Virus record (IMG/VR): IMGVR_UViG_3300037524_000450
Location: 18,784-82,783 of that record
Source: a virus
Lineage: Duplodnaviria > Caudoviricetes
Reading direction: 5' to 3' (one strand)
DNA length: 64,000 bases
The notes under the pieces: generated by a model
Database searches by the model: none
Told to the model about the DNA's origin: nothing
The model's input: the letters and a program-made list of their open reading frames with translations, nothing else
Program-made: the position numbers and the translations under genes
Shown: positions 1-9,144 of the stretch, in pieces
Numbering within the stretch: position 1 is the first letter of the stretch
Layout: each line of letters opens with the position of its first letter

Positions 1-2
1 CT

Positions 3-269
3 ATCCACATGCAGTCCACTGGGGCGTTTGCTAATGCGTCTACTCTAGAGGGTGGAGAGCAGAACCGGGAACTTCGGGGGGTTGCTTCAGTCAACGTATT
101 CGGCTGGATTCCCCTCCCGACTCGTTGGGTTCGTACGGTGCAGAAAATCACTATTGATCTTATCGAACAGAGTTCTGAAGAAATTCTCGAAACGTATGAA
201 ACTGAGTGGGCGAGTAAGGCTGATTTCTGGGAGACCGGAGACCAGGAACAGGTGTTGGTATGGAAGTAA
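3..269 (+). CDS. C-terminal part of a gene running in from the left edge; possibly a neck or tail-terminator protein
   Basis: The frame is open from the window start and its stop overlaps the next ATG. It lies just upstream of the sheath block. Function is inferred from position only. Confidence 0.5.
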   Translation: MHMQSTGAFANASTLEGGEQNRELRGVASVNVFGWIPLPTRWVRTVQKITIDLIEQSSEEILETYETEWASKADFWETGDQEQVLVWK

Positions 270-781
270 AAGACTTGATTGGTAAGAAGACTCCTAGTTT
301 AGCTACAATTGCTAAAAAGCATAATAAGCCTTTGTCTTTTTTAAACCGGCAGCTTGCTATGGGGGCTAAGATTGAACGGGAACATGTTAAGAAGAATTCC
401 CAAGCAAGGGAAATTTCTCGTGACCACTTAGCTGAAATCCCAGACTACTACACTCGGCTCAAGAAGATGGAACGTGAAGCTAAAAACGAGGCATACGATG
501 ACCCCCTAGAGGCCATGCACAGGACTACCAGGGAAAGAATTCTTCAAGGGGCCAAAGAAGGTAAGTATTGGTTGTTGAGATCGGAGGATACTGTGCTGTC
601 AGCAGAGGAAAGACGCCGTTTAATAGAACAGATCATGGAAACTGTAACTACAGCAAACATTGGTGGTTATAACAAGCCCCTAGGAATTGACCCAAGAGAC
701 CCTACGATGGGGGGTAGAAACAAGTTTACCAAACGAGGTATCTGGTTCGCAGTCAACCAGCTCTTAGGCCATTCTGGCTAA
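260..781 (+). CDS. DUF5661-like phage protein
   Basis: Motifs QLAMGAKIEREH and DHLAEIPDYYTRL resemble the MG-x3-E-x-EH / DHL-x-E-x3-YY phage family (recalled, not searched). Confidence 0.6.
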   Translation: MEVKDLIGKKTPSLATIAKKHNKPLSFLNRQLAMGAKIEREHVKKNSQAREISRDHLAEIPDYYTRLKKMEREAKNEAYDDPLEAMHRTTRERILQGAKEGKYWLLRSEDTVLSAEERRRLIEQIMETVTTANIGGYNKPLGIDPRDPTMGGRNKFTKRGIWFAVNQLLGHSG

Positions 782-820
782 GACGTATGCTTTATTATAC
801 GATTATTGGAGGATTTGCTG

Positions 821-1207
821 ATGGCGCGTTGTAAACTAGTTGGCCTAAAAAAGCGCATTTCCTCGGCTCTTATCATGAGTCCTGAGGGTAAGCTTGAGCA
901 GCACCGCTTCCAAAAGGGGAAAGAACTAGAGCTGGATAGTAGCCAGCTTACTTTTCACGTTCAGCGGTTGATTAACCAAAAAGTTGTCAAGCTTGTGATG
1001 CTTGAAGAAAATATGGAGATTCCAGTAGTTTTAGAGGAAAAACCTCTCGAAGTAGATAACGAGGAGTTCTTTATTACTACAGGAGTCAATACTTTTGAAA
1101 CTGATAAGGACTTGGACGAGGCAGCCCCCAAAAAGAGACGGGGTCGCAAGAAGAAGGTAGAAGATACCGAAGTTATTGACTTGGATGAGGATGAGAGCAC
1201 TTTATAA
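821..1207 (+). CDS. hypothetical protein with basic patch and acidic C-terminus
   Basis: GGAGG precedes ATG 821. Contains PKKRRGRKKK and an acidic tail. Confidence 0.65.
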   Translation: MARCKLVGLKKRISSALIMSPEGKLEQHRFQKGKELELDSSQLTFHVQRLINQKVVKLVMLEENMEIPVVLEEKPLEVDNEEFFITTGVNTFETDKDLDEAAPKKRRGRKKKVEDTEVIDLDEDESTL

Positions 1208-1224
1208 GATTTTAGGAGGAAAAG

Positions 1225-3039
1225 ATGCCAGCATATGTATCTCCGGGTGTTTATACTAGAGAAATTGACCTATCACTTTATGTCCCCTCGTTGTCAACGA
1301 CAATCGTGGGTATGGTTGGTGTTACCTCAAAGGGTCCGACACAAACTAGGACGTATATCAGTAACCAGCAACAGTTCATCGACACGTTTGGTGAGCCGGA
1401 TGACACGATTGGTTTTGAGTCTTACGCGGCGTTGCAGTACTTGCGTCGGGGCCGTCAGCTTTGGTTCGTTCGTGTAGTTGGCGCAGCCGCTGCCGAAGCC
1501 GAAGCTACTTTCTATACCGAGACCGATGTAACTGCTGGTCACCCAGCACCTACCCCAGCGTTTGACAGTCTTGAAGACGAATTCACTTTTGCTGCTTTAA
1601 GCCTTGGGGACAATGGTATTGTTCCTGGTTCAGTAATCCTTACTATTACCAAGGCTGATGACACCACTGAAGTATTTACTGATGATGGTGAGGGTGTTCT
1701 TGATGGTGCTGTTGATGGTGTTGGTACTATTGACTACGTAACTGGTGTCATGACTATTGATTGTGGTGCTAAGGTTCCTAAGACGGGTTCTCAAGCTTCA
1801 GTTAACTACTCCTACTACGTAGACGCTTTTGTAGCAACTGCCCTCTCCGAAGGTGAGTGGGGGAACAACATTTCTATACTGGTTGAAGACGGTACCAATG
1901 CCGGTACTTTCAAGCTGAGCGTGTACTACGACGGTGTTCGCCAGGAGCGTTATGACAACTTGGTTCTCGACGATACCTCTGACTACTATATCGAGACTAA
2001 GCTCAATGACGTGTCCGACTACGTGACTATTGCGGTAGACGGGGGCATGACCGGAACAGAGGAACCCTCTTTCTTGACTACAGCTACCTCCCTTGCCGGT
2101 GGAGATTCTGACGCCAGCAACGTAGCTGCTGCTGATATCGTTGGTGAGGCATGGGACAACGTTCTTCTACAGCCTACTGGCTTGCAGCTTTTTGCCTCTG
2201 CTTGGTCTACAGACATTAACCTCCTGGTAGCCCCAGGTTGGTATGATGCTGCTGTCTCGCAGGCTCTTATTGAGATCTGTGAAACTCGGGCCGATTGTAT
2301 GGCAATTCTTGACCCGCCTGAGGATCTAAACGCACAAGAGGTTGTAGATTGGCACAATGGCGAAGGCACTTTCAACGACCACGCTGCGTACAATAGCTCT
2401 TACGCTGCTACGTACTACCCGTGGATTAAGGTGTACGACGCTTATAACGCGCAGTATGTATTCACTCCGCCGTCGGGTCACGTTCTAGCTGTGTACGCTT
2501 ACACAGACTACAACGCGGAAACTTGGTTCGCTCCTGCTGGTCTACAGCGCGGGCGAGTGATCTCCGGTACTGATACCGCTTATGACATTACTCCTGGTGA
2601 GATGGATCTTCTCTACGGTGATGGTAATGCGGTCAACCCGATTGTTAATTTCCCACAACTAGGTATCGTGGTTTGGGGTCAGCGGACCCTACAGCGGTCT
2701 CCGACAGCCCTTGATAGGGTTAACGTTCGTCGGTTGCTCCTGTACCTCCGGAAGACCATTTCGACAGCGGCTTCTTACTTGGTGTTCGAGCCTAACGACG
2801 AGAAGACCTGGAAGCTGTTTGGCCACTTGGTTATCCCGTACCTTAACGACGTACGTCAACGGCGTGGTCTATATGACTTCCGCGTAAAGTGTGACGAAAC
2901 AACCAACACACCTACAGTTATTGACCGTAACGAGCTGCATGCTCAAATTCTCTTGAAGCCGGTCAAAGCTGCTGAGTTCATCCAGATTGACTTCGTGTTA
3001 ACTTCAACGGGTGCGAACTTTGACGAGGTCTTGTACTAA
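1225..3039 (+). CDS. contractile tail sheath protein (T4 gp18-like)
   Basis: N-terminal SPGVYTREIDLS, WFAPAGLQRG, VVWGQRTLQ, LDRVNVRRLL, and C-terminal KPVKAAEFIQIDF. Strong RBS. Confidence 0.97.
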   Translation: MPAYVSPGVYTREIDLSLYVPSLSTTIVGMVGVTSKGPTQTRTYISNQQQFIDTFGEPDDTIGFESYAALQYLRRGRQLWFVRVVGAAAAEAEATFYTETDVTAGHPAPTPAFDSLEDEFTFAALSLGDNGIVPGSVILTITKADDTTEVFTDDGEGVLDGAVDGVGTIDYVTGVMTIDCGAKVPKTGSQASVNYSYYVDAFVATALSEGEWGNNISILVEDGTNAGTFKLSVYYDGVRQERYDNLVLDDTSDYYIETKLNDVSDYVTIAVDGGMTGTEEPSFLTTATSLAGGDSDASNVAAADIVGEAWDNVLLQPTGLQLFASAWSTDINLLVAPGWYDAAVSQALIEICETRADCMAILDPPEDLNAQEVVDWHNGEGTFNDHAAYNSSYAATYYPWIKVYDAYNAQYVFTPPSGHVLAVYAYTDYNAETWFAPAGLQRGRVISGTDTAYDITPGEMDLLYGDGNAVNPIVNFPQLGIVVWGQRTLQRSPTALDRVNVRRLLLYLRKTISTAASYLVFEPNDEKTWKLFGHLVIPYLNDVRQRRGLYDFRVKCDETTNTPTVIDRNELHAQILLKPVKAAEFIQIDFVLTSTGANFDEVLY

Positions 3040-3617
3040 TGCCCTCTTTTGGTCTACTTCCTGCTCATCGCAGCATTATTAGTGCTGGTGGAGCGGTACC
3101 GCTCCACCAGCAGGTTCTTTCCCGTGCCAGTAACTTTTTGCGTACTGCCAAGAGAGATCTTAAAGGGCAGTACAAGATGCACAAGTTACGGACAAATTCT
3201 AAGCTTGTCAAGAGGCACGCTTCAGCTAATTTACTAGCAAATGGGGTTCAGGCTATTAAAGACTCTGGCGTACCGATAGGCATTCAAGCTCAAGGGCTAG
3301 GTAACAAAGCTGCCCAAGCAGCAGAAAGAACGAAAGCAAAATTAGACCGATACAAGCACCTTGAAAGACAGTACGCCAAATCCAATGCAATGCTTATTGG
3401 CGGTACCGTTCTAGGTACTGCAATCGCAGCCAAAGGTGTTCACACCTATCGTAAGTGGAGAAAGAAAGCTAAGGAAAAGACGCAATATCGGGGCTACGAT
3501 GTATACCCCGAGCATAACTATGCTGCTGTAGCCCAGCAGCCGTATAATCAGCCGTATTACAACGAAGAGATAATTGAACATATTCGTGAATTCAAGCGCA
3601 GTCAGTATTTATTCTAA
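3039..3617 (+). CDS. basic hypothetical protein with one Gly-rich hydrophobic helix; possible virion-internal protein
   Basis: Coupled to the sheath stop (TAATG). K/R-rich, with IGGTVLGTAIAAKG followed by RKWRKK. Confidence 0.6.
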   Translation: MPSFGLLPAHRSIISAGGAVPLHQQVLSRASNFLRTAKRDLKGQYKMHKLRTNSKLVKRHASANLLANGVQAIKDSGVPIGIQAQGLGNKAAQAAERTKAKLDRYKHLERQYAKSNAMLIGGTVLGTAIAAKGVHTYRKWRKKAKEKTQYRGYDVYPEHNYAAVAQQPYNQPYYNEEIIEHIREFKRSQYLF

Positions 3618-3640
3618 GGACATGATTAGGAGGATTTACC

Positions 3641-4177
3641 ATGCCATTTTGGGAACCAGTTGGATCTGATTTTATCGGGGCAAAGCATATTGCTGCTCCA
3701 GGTGGTGGTTTTGAACCTCAGCGTGGCCATAACTTCGAGCTATTGATTTTGGTTCCTAGTGGGGATGCTGAAGTTCTTCTAAAGTCGGTTGAGACCTCTT
3801 TGGGTATCAGCCACAACAGCGAACCGTTGCCTCTGCCCTACATGAACGAAACGGTGTACATTGCTGGCCGTCCGCTTTATGCCCCTGGACCGGTTGTATA
3901 TCGTGACTTCATCAAAGAGGGAACATACCAGTTGCTTGAGTCTTGGTACAACCTAGTTTACAACCCGCGAACTTCTGAAATTGGGTACGCCACCGACTAC
4001 AAGTCTATGGGTACTCTTAGCATGTATGACGTTAAAGGCCAGTTTGAGCGGTCTTGGGATCTAGTTGGTATCTGGCCCCAAGATATTTCTCAGGAAGCCC
4101 CGTCCCACGTTAATGGCGACATTATGCGGGTGAACGTTACATTCCAGTTTGACAAAGCGGTACCAAACTTTATTTAG
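3641..4177 (+). CDS. tail tube protein (T4 gp19-like)
   Basis: 178 aa, near the sheath gene. Motifs FEPQRGHNFEL, W-x-LVGIWP and C-terminal VTFQFD. AGGAGG RBS. Confidence 0.9.
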   Translation: MPFWEPVGSDFIGAKHIAAPGGGFEPQRGHNFELLILVPSGDAEVLLKSVETSLGISHNSEPLPLPYMNETVYIAGRPLYAPGPVVYRDFIKEGTYQLLESWYNLVYNPRTSEIGYATDYKSMGTLSMYDVKGQFERSWDLVGIWPQDISQEAPSHVNGDIMRVNVTFQFDKAVPNFI

Positions 4178-4219
4178 TACTCAGTTGTTAATAAGAACAT
4201 TCTATATTATAAGAACTTT

Positions 4220-4261
4220 TAGCCTGCCGTATTCTTTTTATAAGAGGCAGGCTATATTTTT
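4220..4261 (+). terminator. intrinsic terminator after the tail tube gene
   Basis: Stem TAGCCTGCC (4220-4228) / GGCAGGCTA (4246-4254) followed by TATTTTT. Confidence 0.7.
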
Positions 4262-4298
4262 AAAGGCCGATAATTAAAGTATCAATTTGGAGGATACA

Positions 4299-5129
4299 AT
4301 GGGTGAATTCGATTTCTTGGAACCAATTCCTAAAACTAGTGTGACAGTTAAACTTCCGTCTAGAGGCGTGCTCTACCCTAAAGAGCACCCGGCTAGTTCT
4401 GGGAAGTTGACATTAACCCCAATGACAATGTTGGAAGAATCATTGTTAATGTCCGACGGCGGGTTGGACTCTGCAATTGATAAGATTTTGAGACGTTGCG
4501 TAGTCGAAAATGTAGATGTTAATACCCTTATTGGGTCAGACAAGTTTTTTTTGTTTATCATGCTTAGAGCAATTACTTATGGCTCTGAGTACTCATTTAC
4601 TTGGACGTGTACAAAAGAAAAGAATGGCAAGCCATGTACTTATAGAAATACCACAAAAGTTTCTATCCCTGACGGGTTTAAAGTTAAGTATTTGGCTGAC
4701 GATGATAAGGAGCCATTTGAATTTGTACTCCCAGATTGCAAAAAGACTATCTCTTTCAAGCTCCTGCGTGGAACAGACGAGCCTAGAATTGAAGCGTACG
4801 CCAAAGAGATTGAGTACCAAAAAAATGAGGGCATTGACCGTGTAAACACCACGCTTGCTTTCAGGCTTATCTGCCATATTGTTGCTGTTGATGGCAAGCT
4901 AGTCAAGGGTGCTCCTCAGGATAAGCTGATGGCCTTTGTTAATTCTTGGACAGCCAAGGACCGTCAGGCTCTCCAGCAAAAGATTAATTTCTATACTCCT
5001 GGTATCGACACAAGCCTTAAGGTTTCCTGTGAGAAGTGTGGTGAAACACACGAAATGGAGATGCCTTACACCGTAAACTTTTTTCGCGCAGTCGATGATT
5101 CCGGAGTTGAAAACCCAAAGGCAGATTAA
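4299..5129 (+). CDS. tail/baseplate hub assembly chaperone (T4 gp26/gp51-like)
   Basis: VKLPSRGVLY, MTMLEE, DKFFLFIMLRAITYG and a CEKC zinc knuckle. Lies between tube and tape measure. Confidence 0.85.
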   Translation: MGEFDFLEPIPKTSVTVKLPSRGVLYPKEHPASSGKLTLTPMTMLEESLLMSDGGLDSAIDKILRRCVVENVDVNTLIGSDKFFLFIMLRAITYGSEYSFTWTCTKEKNGKPCTYRNTTKVSIPDGFKVKYLADDDKEPFEFVLPDCKKTISFKLLRGTDEPRIEAYAKEIEYQKNEGIDRVNTTLAFRLICHIVAVDGKLVKGAPQDKLMAFVNSWTAKDRQALQQKINFYTPGIDTSLKVSCEKCGETHEMEMPYTVNFFRAVDDSGVENPKAD

Positions 5130-5316
5130 GTTTGATCTGATGTACTACCTGCATATGCGGTATGAGGAAATAATGACTATGGAGCTTTCAGAACTTTTGT
5201 GGTACTACAAAAAGCTCAAGGAAGTTAAAGATTCTGAATTTGAGTTTGAAAAAATAAAATTGGAGCTTAATTTAGCAGCAGCAGGGGTTAAGAACGCGAA
5301 TAAGATATTTAAATAA
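5095..5316 (+). CDS. second tail-chaperone ORF, probably a frameshift extension of the upstream gene
   Basis: Overlaps the upstream gene in the +1 frame and has no clear RBS. LMYYLHMRYEEIMTMELSELLWYY is typical of the small ORF before tape measure genes. Confidence 0.7.
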   Translation: MIPELKTQRQIKFDLMYYLHMRYEEIMTMELSELLWYYKKLKEVKDSEFEFEKIKLELNLAAAGVKNANKIFK

Positions 5317-5327
5317 GGGTATAACAC

Positions 5328-8144
5328 ATGAGTAGTTTAGACCAATCACTGTCATTAAAAGCCCAGCTTAGGGATGAAGTTAGCCCAGCACTTGAAAAAA
5401 TTAATAGAAGTGCTAAGACAACACAGGGTGCTTTAGAAGAACTGGGTAATGATGCTAAGAAAGCCGGAGAAGTTCTCGGGGCTGCTGGTGAAAGTATGGC
5501 CGGGGCCAATAAAAGGGCTGCCGAAAAAGTTCAAGAAGATCTCAAGAAAACAGGGGGTGTTTTCAAAGAGCTAGGCCAAGAGGCTCAGCAGTCTGCTAAA
5601 CAGGTAGGGGAAGCTCTTGATGGTGCTTTCAGGTCTAGTAAACAAGCTCGGTCAGTAGACGAATTAGACGAAGAACTTGAAGGGTTAAACAGAACACTCA
5701 AAGGGATGGCTTCTACTAATCGGCCTATGGCTGGTAGAGCAAGAAACGTCCGAGCTATTGGTCAAGATACTATTAATAAGAAAGTTATCCCGGCGTTCCA
5801 AGAGTTACACAGCACCCTAGAAGAACTTCCTGATACTTTGACCGGAGTTAATGCTGGAGTACGTAGCCAGATTTCTTTGTCTGACAAAATGTCTAGTGCC
5901 TTGGACGGAGTTAACCGTAGAATTTCAGGGCTAGGAAAAGTTTTTGACAAGCTTAAAGCTACGTTTATAGACGTTGCAGGCGCTGTCACAAGTAGCTGGT
6001 TTGCTGTGCAAGGCGCAAAAGTTAGAGAAGCGCAGGTAACGGCTGGGAGACAAAGAGGAAGAAAAAGCTTTGCCGCTATGGAAAAGCTGACCCCAGATAT
6101 TCAACGAGCAGCTATGGCTCCTGATGATGTTTGGGGGCCAGCGTACGAAAAACTCTTAGACACTAGTTCACTAGCCTTAGAAGAGTTCCCTCGAATGATT
6201 GACCAGATGACGCAGCTTTCTAAGGCAACTGGTCTATCTACAGATGCTTTTGCAGAACTCTTTGTCCAGATGACTGAACTCTCCGGGTTAACTGGGGACG
6301 AGTGGCTCGATGTTACAGAGAAGATAAACTTTTTTGCCTCTTCTAGCCGTGCCAGTATTACAGATCTTCATGGTGTTATATCCAGTGCTACAGAAGAAAT
6401 GATTGGGTTTAGCCGAGAAGCTAGAAAAGCCTACGCTGAGAGTAGTATGGCGGCTGCTGCTCAAACTGCTAATGCTGGTTTAGGTGCAGGGGCAGCCCAA
6501 GATTACTTTACAAAAGCCCTTACTGATATTGAATTTAGAACACGACTACAGGGGCTAACTTCTAGGTATGGAACCGGCCAAGATCTCGGAGAACTTATAG
6601 CTGGTGGGAAAATTGGAGATTTTAACGCAGAAGTAGCCACTGCCATGGCTAAGTTTACCCGGCAAGAGTATACTGACCGGGGTCTAAACCCTATGTCCGA
6701 CCCGGAAAGAAGGGGATTTTCTGCTGTAGCTGCTGGGCTTTCTCCAGAAGAAGGTCTTCGATATGCCAATCGTTTAACTGAACTTGAAAAGCAGGGTAGA
6801 GACTATTTTGCCGAACTTGCTAGACTTGTAGCAGAAAGCAAAGAGACAGATATTGCGGGTCTAACTGGGGATATTCGTGGTACAGCCGCTGAAAAATTAC
6901 AGCAGTTGACTGCCGCAGCTAATTCAGCCGGTATGGATATTGGTGTTCACACGGTTAAAGCTATTGAACAAGGTATGGACCCGCTTATAGCTGCGACCTT
7001 TAACATGTCAAACAAGCTAGACGAAATGCCTGAAATGGCGAAAAAAGGAATTGCCTTTTTTAGCATTGGGCTTAACTTAATGTCTGCTCTTAAAAACTTC
7101 ATTCCTGGTTTAGCCGGTGCTTTAGAAGGGCCGCTAGAGACACTAGCTGGGGCTACAATTGCGGGCATAACAGCTAAGAATGTTTTGGAGGGGGGAGATG
7201 TCAAAGCACAAGCGGCTGCTTTAGCCCCCGGTATGCCTGAGCTACAAGCTGAGATTGAAAAGCAGCTTTATAACAAGCTACAAGATTATGATGCTGGGAA
7301 TATTGTTGGGGATAGTCGTAAACACTACGAGATACCCGTAGTGCCCACACCCAGGGATCTAACTCCAGCAGATTATGAACCCAATAAGGAAAGGTTTAAA
7401 CGAGAAGTGGTTGGGGCTGTGTCAGAAGGGTATCAAGTATTACAAAACCCAGAAAAAAGCGCAGTAGACAGAATGGAAACATCTGTCAAACTTGTTCAAC
7501 AAGCCATTAATACCACACAACAACAGGGTTCTCTAGGTGCGAGTGAAACAGCATTAAAGGCAGCATATTTTCAAGATAACAGAGACAAAATGTTAGAGTA
7601 TGGGTCTAAGGCTTTTAAGGACGTTTGGATAGAAGATATAAAAAGTATACCAACTATGATAGCAACCGGGACGAGATCAGCAGCAGCGGCAGAAGCCCAT
7701 GTAAGATACGATGCTATAGAGAAGTTGTTGAAGGCTTCCCCAGAAGAAATGATGACCATGGGAGACCAGCTATCGCTTATTGTTTCTGATGCACAGGCAA
7801 AATTAAGCCCAGAGGTGCAAAAGCAGTACGGAGAAGCAATAAGAAATAACCTTATTGCTCTGGATGAAGTTACAGACCAATTACAGGCTACTTTGACTAA
7901 AGAAGATTTAAACGATCCTAAAGTTCAAGAGCTACAAAGACAGTACAATGATCTTATGAGTAGGCTAATTACATCTGTAGAAACGGTTGGTAAGGAAACG
8001 CTCACAAAAACAGATTTGATAAACCTTGTAACTGAACTTAGAAAAAGCCCCTTACCTCCACCAACATCGCAAAGGACAAATGAGGGCGTTGACCATACAG
8101 ACCCAGCAACAGAAAGACATACAACACGTAGCCACGGGAGATAA
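5328..8144 (+). CDS. tape measure protein
   Basis: 938 aa, Ala/Leu/Gln-rich and helical. Canonical position after the chaperones. Confidence 0.85.
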   Translation: MSSLDQSLSLKAQLRDEVSPALEKINRSAKTTQGALEELGNDAKKAGEVLGAAGESMAGANKRAAEKVQEDLKKTGGVFKELGQEAQQSAKQVGEALDGAFRSSKQARSVDELDEELEGLNRTLKGMASTNRPMAGRARNVRAIGQDTINKKVIPAFQELHSTLEELPDTLTGVNAGVRSQISLSDKMSSALDGVNRRISGLGKVFDKLKATFIDVAGAVTSSWFAVQGAKVREAQVTAGRQRGRKSFAAMEKLTPDIQRAAMAPDDVWGPAYEKLLDTSSLALEEFPRMIDQMTQLSKATGLSTDAFAELFVQMTELSGLTGDEWLDVTEKINFFASSSRASITDLHGVISSATEEMIGFSREARKAYAESSMAAAAQTANAGLGAGAAQDYFTKALTDIEFRTRLQGLTSRYGTGQDLGELIAGGKIGDFNAEVATAMAKFTRQEYTDRGLNPMSDPERRGFSAVAAGLSPEEGLRYANRLTELEKQGRDYFAELARLVAESKETDIAGLTGDIRGTAAEKLQQLTAAANSAGMDIGVHTVKAIEQGMDPLIAATFNMSNKLDEMPEMAKKGIAFFSIGLNLMSALKNFIPGLAGALEGPLETLAGATIAGITAKNVLEGGDVKAQAAALAPGMPELQAEIEKQLYNKLQDYDAGNIVGDSRKHYEIPVVPTPRDLTPADYEPNKERFKREVVGAVSEGYQVLQNPEKSAVDRMETSVKLVQQAINTTQQQGSLGASETALKAAYFQDNRDKMLEYGSKAFKDVWIEDIKSIPTMIATGTRSAAAAEAHVRYDAIEKLLKASPEEMMTMGDQLSLIVSDAQAKLSPEVQKQYGEAIRNNLIALDEVTDQLQATLTKEDLNDPKVQELQRQYNDLMSRLITSVETVGKETLTKTDLINLVTELRKSPLPPPTSQRTNEGVDHTDPATERHTTRSHGR

Positions 8145-8153
8145 GTATAAATT

Positions 8154-8774
8154 ATGGCATACTCAGGGGACAAAGACATTGCAAAAGTTTTATCGCCAGA
8201 AGCTTTCTGCTATATTATAGACCGCAAAGATAGCAGCAGGCTTGAATTTCAACTTATGCCTGATGTTATTTCAGAGTCTAAGTCAGCGCAGTACAACGAG
8301 ATTCCTATCATTGGTCGTAGCTTACCTCACCTGGGTTATGCCGCGTCTAGTTCTAGATCTATCGCGCTTACTCTAAGCTTTGTAGCTTTAAACAGCCCTA
8401 ACTCTGGTGGAAAATACACCACGGATTGGGTTAGAGATAGAGTTCGTTGGTTGGAGTCTAAAGTTTACCCTGAGTACTTGGACGGGTTTACTTTCCCTCC
8501 TAGAATGCTAAACATTGGTATTGGCTCTGTAATAGGCATGCAGTGTGTTATGACTTCGTGTACAACTTCTTGGCTTGGTCCTTGGGATGTAGAGGGCGAT
8601 TTAGCTAGGCCGTTTAGAGCGAATGTAGATTGTGCTTTTCAAGAAGCTGGCAAAAATGACGACGATATGGAACACCCCCATGGGTTTGACCATGCCATTT
8701 CGGGCAGAAACCAATGGGTTGAAGTTGGGGGGTCTACGGCAAATATGTACGTAGAAATTCCTCTGTCTATTTAG
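8154..8774 (+). CDS. tube initiator / baseplate tail-tube cap (gp48/gp54-like)
   Basis: LEFQLMPDVISESKSAQYNEIPIIGRS pattern, directly after the tape measure gene. Confidence 0.75.
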   Translation: MAYSGDKDIAKVLSPEAFCYIIDRKDSSRLEFQLMPDVISESKSAQYNEIPIIGRSLPHLGYAASSSRSIALTLSFVALNSPNSGGKYTTDWVRDRVRWLESKVYPEYLDGFTFPPRMLNIGIGSVIGMQCVMTSCTTSWLGPWDVEGDLARPFRANVDCAFQEAGKNDDDMEHPHGFDHAISGRNQWVEVGGSTANMYVEIPLSI

Positions 8775-8782
8775 GAGAAGTC

Positions 8783-9139
8783 ATGGCGACAAAAACATTA
8801 TTAACCCCACTTGAATCTGGTATCCCAAGAAAAGGAAAAGACATGCCATCTAGGCATCGTACTTCCTTTAAATACCAGGATGAAAATGGCCGATATTTCT
8901 TTGGGAGTTTCCCTGTCATAGACCTTCCACTACACCAAACAGACCAATTCTATGTTTTGGAAGCAGAAGATGTAGGCAGACCAGACTTAATTGCTTATAA
9001 GTTTTATAAGACGCCAAGTTTGTACTGGGTAATTCTTTGGGTTAACAATATTATTGATCCTTTTGAAGATATGTATCCTGGTATGCTTTTACGGTTACCC
9101 TCAACTGTTAGATTAACTGAGTATAATATCAAAGGTTAA
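8783..9139 (+). CDS. LysM-type baseplate protein (gp53 / tail X-like)
   Basis: RPDLIAYKFY-x4-LYWVILWVNNI-x-DPF-x4-PG-x2-LRLP. Confidence 0.85.
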   Translation: MATKTLLTPLESGIPRKGKDMPSRHRTSFKYQDENGRYFFGSFPVIDLPLHQTDQFYVLEAEDVGRPDLIAYKFYKTPSLYWVILWVNNIIDPFEDMYPGMLLRLPSTVRLTEYNIKG

Positions 9140-9144
9140 GCGAT

